Below, one piece after another: positions 10,860-18,754 of a DNA stretch of 64,000 bases (within the stretch, counting starts at the first letter, position 1; each line of letters starts with the position of its first letter). Below the pieces are notes generated by a model. It did no database searches and was not told where the DNA came from. It saw nothing but the letters and a program-made list of their open reading frames with translations. Source of the DNA: Chryseolinea sp. Lineage in GTDB: Bacteria > Bacteroidota > Bacteroidia > Cytophagales > Cyclobacteriaceae. Where the stretch lies: the NCBI GenBank assembly GCA_041737945.1, contig JBGSQQ010000030.1, positions 139,253 through 203,252 of the forward strand, given 5' to 3'. Made by a program: the position numbers and the translations under genes.

Positions 10860-11885
10860 ATGAAAAAACTTTTACTTTTTATTTTGATAGTTACCGGTTG
10901 GGGAGCCGTTGCCCAGGATCCCCAGTTTTCACAGTATTATCAGGCCCCGCTTTATCTAAATCCGGGATTTGCGGGCATTACCCCGCAACAGCGACTAGTG
11001 TTAAACCACAGAGTGCAATGGCCCAATCTTCCACAGGCCTTTTCCACATATGCATTTTCATACGATATTTTTATAAATGAACTGAGGAGCGGTGTTGGGT
11101 TCCTGTTTACGACCGACAAGATGGGATCCGCCGGCTGGCGCACAACAAATGCGAGTTTGCTCTATTCGTATAAAGTAAAGCTTTCTGAAAAGATTGTTTT
11201 TTCTCCGGGCTTATCCTTTGGTTATGGAACGAATGGTCTGGACCGGTCAAAATTGATAATGGGCGATGGCCTCGAGTATGATGGAATCTCGCTTGACCCG
11301 GAATTAAATAAACTCGGTCGGCAAGGTTACTTTGATTTTGGCTCTGGCTTTTTGGTTTATAGCAGGAAATGGTGGGTAGGAGGGTCGTTCATGCATATGA
11401 ACAGGCCTAATCTTTCCGTGCTAAATGATGTAAGCCGGCTGGATATGAAGACTGCCATCCATGGTGGTATCCGATTAACGCTCAACAATGGTCTTCGCGA
11501 CCGGGCAAGGGCTTCTTACCTGACTCCATCGGCCATATACCGTATGCAGGGTAAGTCATTTTCTCAATTGGATATCGGGTTGAACTACCATATTGATCCG
11601 ATTTCGGTTGGCGTCTGGTACCGGGGCAAACCATTTCAGAAAACGGTTATCAACAGTGTTACACAAGATGCGTTCATTGTGTTCCTGGGATTATATCTGA
11701 AAACATTAACCATTGGTTATAGCTATGATTTCACGATTTCAGAGCTGCAAACTACTTCAGGCGGTGCTCACGAGATCTCCATTGTCTACGAATTTAATAC
11801 AAGGTCCACCCGAAAAGATATCAAGAAAAAATACAAGCTCATTCCTTGTCCGACGTTTAACAGCAAGGAAGGATTCTGGAACTAG
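10860..11885 (+). CDS. PorP/SprF family type IX secretion system membrane protein
   Basis: AQDPQFSQYYQAPLYLNPGFAG, LNHRVQWP and IGYSYDFTISEL...GAHEISI motifs; immediately downstream of a type-B CTD gene. Confidence 0.93.
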   Translation: MKKLLLFILIVTGWGAVAQDPQFSQYYQAPLYLNPGFAGITPQQRLVLNHRVQWPNLPQAFSTYAFSYDIFINELRSGVGFLFTTDKMGSAGWRTTNASLLYSYKVKLSEKIVFSPGLSFGYGTNGLDRSKLIMGDGLEYDGISLDPELNKLGRQGYFDFGSGFLVYSRKWWVGGSFMHMNRPNLSVLNDVSRLDMKTAIHGGIRLTLNNGLRDRARASYLTPSAIYRMQGKSFSQLDIGLNYHIDPISVGVWYRGKPFQKTVINSVTQDAFIVFLGLYLKTLTIGYSYDFTISELQTTSGGAHEISIVYEFNTRSTRKDIKKKYKLIPCPTFNSKEGFWN

Positions 11886-11913
11886 GGACTTTTGTCCGTT
11901 AATCGTTATCCGT

Positions 11914-12181
11914 TAATCCTACTTTGTCAAGTTACGTTTTAACTGATTCTGAATTTGCTTTTGGTATCGAGTTATGTCATTAATAATTTTAGTTTCACGC
12001 AAAGGCGCCATGGCGCAAAAAAAAGCATTCAGTAAGCTTCAATTTTCGGAGACTCCCTGGGCGTTAATTTATTGAATATTGGACAGATTTGCGCCATGGC
12101 GCCATTGCGTGCTTCCTTCTCCTTCACTTTTCACAAAATCTCCTATCATGCCTCTGTATAAAACTTGACAAAGTAGGATTA
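11914..12181. mobile_element. MITE-like non-autonomous element, possibly IS4-family derived
   Basis: Perfect 20-bp terminal inverted repeats TAATCCTACTTTGTCAAGTT (11914-11933 and 12162-12181). Flanked by a 12-bp near-direct repeat ATCGTTATCCGT / ATAGTTATCCGT. No transposase ORF inside. Confidence 0.7.
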
Positions 12182-12303
12182 ATAGTTATCCGTTGGATGG
12201 AGTTGCGCTTCAGAAGTAGATTTGACGATCGCGTAACCTCCGATTTTCTATTTTCATTTAATAATGTAATCTGTCGCATCTGTTACGGATAGCGGGTAAT
12301 GGT

Positions 12304-12311
12304 TAACTTTG
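12304..12311 (+). promoter_or_regulatory. -7 promoter box TAACTTTG upstream of the nucleotidyltransferase gene
   Basis: Matches the Bacteroidota TAnnTTTG consensus 20 bp before the ATG at 12331. Confidence 0.55.
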
Positions 12312-12330
12312 CGGAGAAAAATACCCGGTA

Positions 12331-13752
12331 ATGAATTTAGCGTCGTCCTTAAGCCACCCAATTTTCAAAATAATAGGTTCTGTGGCCGATGAGCATCATC
12401 TCGAAACCTACGTGGTGGGCGGATACCCGCGCGACCTTATTTTGAACAGGGCTTCAAAAGATATTGACTTCGTTTGTGTAGGGAGTGGCATTCAGCTGGC
12501 GCAGCGCGTTGCAAATGCGCTGGGACCCGATGTACATGTAACGGTGTATAAGAATTTTGGAACCGCCCAGATCCGTTTCGACGATCTTGACCTCGAATTT
12601 GTGGGAGCAAGGAAAGAATCGTATCGCGGGGACTCCAGAAAACCAATTGTTGAAGACGGAACTCTTGAGGATGATCAGAAACGCCGTGATTTTACCATGA
12701 ATGCATTGGCGATAAGCCTAAACCGGGCTACGTTTGGAAATCTCATTGATCCGTTTGATGGATTGGTGGACATGAAGAGTAAAATCATCCGGACACCGCT
12801 TGATCCATCAATCACTTTTTCTGACGACCCCTTACGCATGATGCGGGCTATACGGTTTGCGTCCCAGTTAAAGTATGATATTGAAGCAGACACATACGAC
12901 GCAATTGTCAAACAGGCTGATAGACTAAAGATTGTTTCACAGGAACGTGTAACCGATGAATTAAACAAGATTATTCTGAGCCCTCTTCCGTCATACGGAT
13001 TCAAACTCCTTTTCCACAGTGGACTATTGGTTCAGTTTTTTCCCGAGCTCGTGGCCCTTCACGGTGTCGAGTACGTTGGAAACCGGGCCCACAAAGACAA
13101 CTTCTTTCACACCTTGCAGGTCCTGGACAATGTTTCAAAAGTATCGAATGACCTGTGGCTGCGCTGGGCTGCGATTCTTCATGATATCGCAAAGCCCCTT
13201 ACAAAACGATATGATAAGGAACATGGATGGACGTTCCATGGGCATGAAGACAAGGGAGCCAGAATGACACCGGGAATATTTAAAAAGTTGAAACTTCCAT
13301 TGAATGAAAAAATGGTCTTTGTCCAGAATCTTGTCCGCCTACACCTTCGTCCAATTCCACTCGCGTATGAAGTAACGGATGCGGCTATAAGACGACTTCT
13401 CTTTGATGCCGGCGATGATATTGATGCACTGATGAAACTTTGCCGGGCAGATATTACCTCCAAGAATTTTGACAAGGTGAACAAATACCTTAAAAACTTT
13501 GATATCGTTGAGCAAAAGATCGTCGAGGTAGAGCAGAAAGATCATATCCGCAATTTCCAGCCTCCTGTTACCGGTGATGAGATTATGTTGATGTTCCAGC
13601 TCCCTCCTGGAAGAATCATCGGAGACATTAAAGAGCAGATCAAAGAGGCCATTCTGGATGGGGAAATCCGGAATGACCGGGAACAGGCAATGGAATTGCT
13701 GATGAAAATTGCCCGGGAAAAGGGACTGATATCAAGTTTCAGGCAAGCGTAG
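12331..13752 (+). CDS. CCA tRNA nucleotidyltransferase / poly(A) polymerase family protein with HD domain
   Basis: YVVGGYPRD...DIDF, RRDFTMNA and DDPLRMMRAIRFA motifs; HD motif in LHDIAK. Confidence 0.93.
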   Translation: MNLASSLSHPIFKIIGSVADEHHLETYVVGGYPRDLILNRASKDIDFVCVGSGIQLAQRVANALGPDVHVTVYKNFGTAQIRFDDLDLEFVGARKESYRGDSRKPIVEDGTLEDDQKRRDFTMNALAISLNRATFGNLIDPFDGLVDMKSKIIRTPLDPSITFSDDPLRMMRAIRFASQLKYDIEADTYDAIVKQADRLKIVSQERVTDELNKIILSPLPSYGFKLLFHSGLLVQFFPELVALHGVEYVGNRAHKDNFFHTLQVLDNVSKVSNDLWLRWAAILHDIAKPLTKRYDKEHGWTFHGHEDKGARMTPGIFKKLKLPLNEKMVFVQNLVRLHLRPIPLAYEVTDAAIRRLLFDAGDDIDALMKLCRADITSKNFDKVNKYLKNFDIVEQKIVEVEQKDHIRNFQPPVTGDEIMLMFQLPPGRIIGDIKEQIKEAILDGEIRNDREQAMELLMKIAREKGLISSFRQA

Positions 13753-13846
13753 GATTGCCAGATCGGGATGGAAAGGCCCATAATCATCGATTGGGGCGAT
13801 GGAGACGCAACCCTTTGAATTCTAATTTGTCTTTTGCTGTATAGAG

Positions 13847-14410
13847 TTGGAACGTAGCTTGGATCAACCGGTTTTGAACATGCAGGATGAGCTGATCGCG
13901 CGCTGTAAAGCGGGTGATCGGCTTGCGTATTATAGCCTGTACAAGCTCTATTCCAAGGCCATGTACAATGTCGGGTACCGGATTACCCGAAGCGAGGAAG
14001 AAGCCGAGGATGTATTGCAGGAGGCGTTTGTGAATGCATTCAAAAACATTGGCAGCTACCGGGGTGATGCCACCTTCGGCGCCTGGCTCAAACGCATTGT
14101 TGTGAATAAGGCCATCAATGCGCTGTCAAAGAAAAAGCATGAATCTATTCCAGATGATGAGAATTGGGACATTGCTGAAGAAGAAGCATCGGCCGATTAT
14201 GGTGACGGATTGACTGTTGAACGTGTTAAGACGTGTATTGAACAACTGCCGGACGGATACCGGTCTGTGTTGTCGTTATATTTACTGGAGGGATACGATC
14301 ACCAGGAAATTGCCGAGATAATGGGGATTACCGAGTCGACGTCAAAATCGCAACTCAACCGGGCTAAAAGCAAGTTAAGAGAATTGTTAACCAGAAAGGC
14401 CTCTTCCTGA
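13847..14410 (+). CDS. ECF-family RNA polymerase sigma-70 factor (start may be ATG 13880)
   Basis: AEDVLQEAFVNAF, FGAWLKRIVVN (region 2) and LPDGYR..L..LEGYDHQEIAEIMGITESTSKSQLNRAK (region 4). Confidence 0.93.
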   Translation: MERSLDQPVLNMQDELIARCKAGDRLAYYSLYKLYSKAMYNVGYRITRSEEEAEDVLQEAFVNAFKNIGSYRGDATFGAWLKRIVVNKAINALSKKKHESIPDDENWDIAEEEASADYGDGLTVERVKTCIEQLPDGYRSVLSLYLLEGYDHQEIAEIMGITESTSKSQLNRAKSKLRELLTRKASS

Positions 14411-14442
14411 GATATCCGGTAAGGAAACGCCTGTAAACCAAG

Positions 14443-14970
14443 TTGAAGAAAATGAAAGATCCACTGGAAGAATTTGTACGTCAGAATCGGGCTGATTTTG
14501 ATGACAAGGTGCCGTCGGAGAAGGCATGGGGGCGTATTGAAAGAACCATGGGTTTTAAATCCTTCAGATTGTGGGATTCCGTAGTTTTGTGGCGGGCTGC
14601 GGCTGTAGTTTTTATGGCCCTTTCAGGTTATCTGCTAATCCCCGAAAGCAAAACCAGCATACAGGGTTCCTCAGCACAAAACGAATTCAAGGATGTGGAA
14701 GAGTTCTATTTCAAGCAGATATCCGAAAAGGTTGGAATGATTGATGAGTTTCAGAAAAGCGAGGGTTTGAACGGATTTACACAGGATTTTCAGCGACTTG
14801 ACGCGATGTACATGGTTCTTAAGGAAGAGATGAAATCCAGTCCAAGCCAAAAGGTACAGGATGCATTGGTGCTTAACCTGCTGGTCAGGATTGATTTGCT
14901 GAACCAGCAACTGTACAAACTGGAAAAAGCGTACTCGAATGAACGAAAGTCAGAAGAAGACTCAGTTTGA
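14443..14970 (+). CDS. Putative anti-sigma-factor-like single-pass membrane protein
   Basis: Follows the ECF sigma; DPLEEFVRQNRADFDD..W..I N-terminus, one TM segment (WRAAAVVFMALSGYLLI) and a helical C-terminus. Confidence 0.65.
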   Translation: MKKMKDPLEEFVRQNRADFDDKVPSEKAWGRIERTMGFKSFRLWDSVVLWRAAAVVFMALSGYLLIPESKTSIQGSSAQNEFKDVEEFYFKQISEKVGMIDEFQKSEGLNGFTQDFQRLDAMYMVLKEEMKSSPSQKVQDALVLNLLVRIDLLNQQLYKLEKAYSNERKSEEDSV

Positions 14971-14989
14971 ATAAAAAGTCCTGAAATGC

Positions 14990-15018
14990 AAAAAAGCCCA
15001 GCGTCTCTGGGCTTTTTT
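14990..15018. terminator. Bidirectional rho-independent terminator
   Basis: AAAAAAGCCCAG-CGTCT-CTGGGCTTTTTT between the convergent anti-sigma and msrA genes. Confidence 0.85.
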
Positions 15019-15112
15019 GTTTACCTAAACCTAAACCTATGAGAAGAATTACTCCGCTCAAGGAATATTAACGGACCTACCGGGCATAGGTTTCGTCTGC
15101 GGAAAAAAAAGT

Positions 15113-15673
15113 CTAAGATTTTTTTACTTCAGGAGAAAAAATCTTTTTAAACTTATCCAGCTTAGGCAGGATAATAAAGGTGCAGTAAGGAGCGTTACTG
15201 TTGCTATTAAAATAGTTCTGATGATAATCTTCAGCGCGATAGAAGTCTGTCAGCGGAGAAATTTCAGTAACGATTGGCCGGTCAAAGACACCCTCCTCAG
15301 TGAGCCTTTTTTTGTACTCCTCAGCGATTTGTTTCTGCTCATCCGTGTGGTAGAAAATGACAGACCTGTATTGAGTCCCCACATCATTGCCCTGACGGTT
15401 CAATGTGGTAGGATCATGGGTCTTCCAGAATGCTTCCAGTAACATCTCAAAACTTACTGTTCCCGGATCGTAGGTTACTTGTATGACCTCCGCATGCCCG
15501 GTGAGTCCGCTGCATATTTCCTTATAGGTTGGATTTTTAACTTTTCCTCCGGAATAGCCGGATTCAACTTTTCCCACTCCTTTTATTCGTTGAAATATGG
15601 CTTCGGTACACCAGAAGCACCCCGATCCAAAAGTGGCGAGATGCAGATTGTCTTTATTTAGATGGTCGGACAT
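15113..15673 (-). CDS. msrA: Peptide-methionine (S)-S-oxide reductase
   Basis: GCFWC active site, GHAEVIQVTYDP and AEDYHQNY motifs. Probable start MSDHLN at 15673 (ORF extends to 15757). Confidence 0.97.
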   Translation of the reverse strand: MSDHLNKDNLHLATFGSGCFWCTEAIFQRIKGVGKVESGYSGGKVKNPTYKEICSGLTGHAEVIQVTYDPGTVSFEMLLEAFWKTHDPTTLNRQGNDVGTQYRSVIFYHTDEQKQIAEEYKKRLTEEGVFDRPIVTEISPLTDFYRAEDYHQNYFNSNSNAPYCTFIILPKLDKFKKIFSPEVKKS

Positions 15674-15882
15674 TTTGGAATGTTGGTATTTTAGTTGAGC
15701 TAATACAAAGCAGGCAGCAAAACGATATCGCCTTTGCTGTCCGATAGCATTAACCATTTTGTTGGCAATAAAGTTTGAATCACCTGAAATTCATTTGCCG
15801 TGAAAATTCTCTCAATGAAGTACGTGAGTAGAATCAGGTTTTCGTATTGAAACGTCCAGGCTATGTGAACCTGGAAACTTCG

Positions 15883-17022
15883 TTAGTAGTTTTGGTAGAA
15901 TCCCTTTATGGCAGGAATGAGCTGGTTGTAAATGGGCCGTGTAAATTCCAGAAACAGATCTTGCGGGTTTGGCGGCTGTTGTTCGCGGAGTTTGCAAAGA
16001 TTCAGCTGTTGGTCAGAAAGCGCCCGTTCATCTCCATTGAATCGTGCCCACTGACTGACCCAAACGTATTCACCGGTGAATTTTCGGTGTGTCAAGACAC
16101 CGTTGCTTTTGGCATCCACAACAATCATACTTAACAGTCCATTGGAGGTAAGCTCTTTGCGATACGTTGTAAACTTGGCTTTCACTGTATTGTACACCGA
16201 GATTACTTTTCCATCAACCTTGGTTTCACCGACCCGAACGCTGTCTTTCGTTACGGTTTCTTCTTTTTCTCTCAGCACTGAATTTCCCACTGAAAAATCA
16301 TCAAACTGAATCCTGACGATCTGGTCTACATAAGCAAGGTTAATGGCCTTGGCTTCTGTTGGTGTATAAAACTGAATGAATGTATTCTCGGTGTAGTTCG
16401 AATGTAAAAAACTTTCAACTTTATCCTGAAAGAAACCACCGCTGAGATTATAACGTGCAGGCACAGGAATCTGCTCAACAATTACCTTTAGCGTTGCCTC
16501 AAATTTTGATTTATCCAGGTATTCAACCACATCTTTATAACCGGGAACATACGCCTGGGCATCTGCAAAATTGAAGTAAGCCTTTTTTGCATCATTTCGG
16601 TTCCCTTTCATTAGGGCATTGATTCCTGCATTGTAACTTTCATCGGCTGCTTTTTCTTTTAGCGGTCCGATTTCAGCATAGTAATTTTTCGGATTAGGAA
16701 CAGCCTGCTTACAACCCGGACATTGCCTGATGGCTTCATATAAATTGTTGATGTATCCATAGGATTGAATGGCACTTTTCCATTTAAATTCCGTGTTAGA
16801 GGCGATTTGGTTATTCGCTTCATTTTCATAGTACTCTACGGCAAGCGGGTAAGCACTTTTCAACGCTTCCAGAGACTTTTCATGATCCGGATTTTGCCGT
16901 AGCCGTGCCACAGATTTCATTACGGCTTCATAATAATTACCCTGCTCATAAGCCTTCTTGCCCGAACTGCAGGCCAACATGAATAGGAGAAAAAAAAACG
17001 AGAGTAGATGTCCTGGCTTCAT
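15883..17022 (-). CDS. Hypothetical lipoprotein with TPR-like N-terminal helices
   Basis: Lipobox MLAC followed by SSGKKAYEQGNYYEA and helical repeats; 379 aa. Confidence 0.7.
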   Translation of the reverse strand: MKPGHLLSFFFLLFMLACSSGKKAYEQGNYYEAVMKSVARLRQNPDHEKSLEALKSAYPLAVEYYENEANNQIASNTEFKWKSAIQSYGYINNLYEAIRQCPGCKQAVPNPKNYYAEIGPLKEKAADESYNAGINALMKGNRNDAKKAYFNFADAQAYVPGYKDVVEYLDKSKFEATLKVIVEQIPVPARYNLSGGFFQDKVESFLHSNYTENTFIQFYTPTEAKAINLAYVDQIVRIQFDDFSVGNSVLREKEETVTKDSVRVGETKVDGKVISVYNTVKAKFTTYRKELTSNGLLSMIVVDAKSNGVLTHRKFTGEYVWVSQWARFNGDERALSDQQLNLCKLREQQPPNPQDLFLEFTRPIYNQLIPAIKGFYQNY

Positions 17023-17137
17023 AGTATTGTTATTGATCCCAAAAAAATCACATAAAAAGATAAAAAGTTGCGTCTAAAAAATAAACCTGAATCCAAGAAT
17101 CAAAAATACAGCAAATTCCTGAATTGCCATAAGGTCT

Positions 17138-18487
17138 TCAGGCCTTTACGACATCATCTTTATCATCAACAAACCTTACGCAGAAAGCTGCAATTAGCAG
17201 GAAGACACCAGCCATCACCAGGCTGTAGACCGCCTGTGACCCATAGAGGTGTTTTACAATCGGGCCTCCAATAACACCGTTGACGATTTGTGGCAGGGTA
17301 ATAAAGAAATTAAATACCCCCATGTAGATACCCATTTTATAAGCCGGTATGGCTCCGGCAAGCATGGCATACGGCATCGCCAGAATACTTGCCCATGCGA
17401 TCCCTATGCCAACCATGGGAAAAATCAATACCATAGGATCGTGAATAAAGTAAATGGAGATTAATCCTATTCCACCAGCTGTAAGCGAAACCGCGTGAGT
17501 AAGTTTCCGGCCAATTTTCAGAGCAATAGCCGGAAGGAGAAGAGCATAAACAGCAGAGATACCGTTGTAAATTCCAAACAAACCGCTTACCCAGTTGCCG
17601 GCATCCTGGTATGCTTCTGAAAGATTGTCGCCGGCAGCTAACCCATAAACGTGCGTAGCGATGGCTGGCGTAGAAAATACCCACATGGAGAACAGCGCAA
17701 ACCAGGAAAAAAACTGAACAATACCAAGTTGTTTCATGGTCTTTGGCATGTTAGCAAAATCACTAATGATCTGAGCGATACCCTTTTTTGAAGGCTCTTT
17801 ATCATAATCACCCTTTGCATATTCATCCGGAGGAAATTCTTTTGTCGTTACCACCGTCCAGAGTATAGCGATGAGGAAAATGACGGCGCCGACGTAGAAG
17901 GAAAGTGTAACATTAAAGGGAACCTCTCCGGCAGGCGCACTCTTGGCGACGCCAAAAAATTCAGCAAAAATATAGGGCAACCAGGAACCTACTACAGCTC
18001 CCAATCCGATGAGGAAAGTTTGAATGGCAAATCCGAGTGTACGCTGATCAGAAGGCAACAAATCGGCAACGAGGGCGCGAAAGGGTTCCATCGCAACATT
18101 GAAGGAGGCGTCCATGATCATGAGTATACCTGCGCCTACATAGAGTGGCGGCAGCACGGTTACCAATAAATTTGCGTTAGGCATAAACATTAGTGCCGCT
18201 GAAGCCAGGATGGCACCTGCCAGAAAGTAGGGCCTTCTCCGGCCCAACGAAGTCCAGGTGTGGTCACTGTAATAGCCGATGATTGGCTGTATGATCATAC
18301 CAGTCAATGGAGCCGCAAGCCAGAACCATGACAGATGTTCAACATCGGCGCCAAAGATTCCCAGTATACGCGAGGCATTACCGTTCTGCAATGCAAACCC
18401 AAACTGAATTCCTAAGAATCCAAAACTCATGTTCCAGATTTGCCAACGCGATAGGCGTGGTTTTTGAAAAGTAGATGTCGCGCTCAT
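17138..18487 (-). CDS. MFS sugar transporter (SLC45/SUC-like, maltose/sucrose type)
   Basis: IWNMSFGFLGIQFGFALQ, QPIIGYYSD..WT.LGRRRPY and about 12 TM segments; adjacent to GH31. Confidence 0.9.
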   Translation of the reverse strand: MSATSTFQKPRLSRWQIWNMSFGFLGIQFGFALQNGNASRILGIFGADVEHLSWFWLAAPLTGMIIQPIIGYYSDHTWTSLGRRRPYFLAGAILASAALMFMPNANLLVTVLPPLYVGAGILMIMDASFNVAMEPFRALVADLLPSDQRTLGFAIQTFLIGLGAVVGSWLPYIFAEFFGVAKSAPAGEVPFNVTLSFYVGAVIFLIAILWTVVTTKEFPPDEYAKGDYDKEPSKKGIAQIISDFANMPKTMKQLGIVQFFSWFALFSMWVFSTPAIATHVYGLAAGDNLSEAYQDAGNWVSGLFGIYNGISAVYALLLPAIALKIGRKLTHAVSLTAGGIGLISIYFIHDPMVLIFPMVGIGIAWASILAMPYAMLAGAIPAYKMGIYMGVFNFFITLPQIVNGVIGGPIVKHLYGSQAVYSLVMAGVFLLIAAFCVRFVDDKDDVVKA

Positions 18488-18697
18488 GTTAACTCTGCTT
18501 AGTCGATTTTTCTAAAACCACGTTTCTGTACGAAAATTTACCTGTCATTGAACTCCGATGAGGAAGATTAGTTTTCTAAAGCTTCAAATTTATTTGTCAA
18601 TTAACAACATTCATCTTCTGGAATGAAAGAAAGCGAAACCATATTAATCCTGCTTTGCAAACTTTCAACATATGCTGAATTTGTCTTCGCCAATTTT

Positions 18698-18746
18698 CCC
18701 CTTTAGGGGTCGGGGGTGGTGAAGACATTTCGGTCGGGGGTGGTGA
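18698..18746. repeat. CCCCTTTAGGGG palindrome plus 15-bp direct repeat
   Basis: GGTCGGGGGTGGTGA at 18708-18722 and 18732-18746, just past the GH31 stop codon. Confidence 0.6.
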
Positions 18747-18754
18747 TGGAGTAT

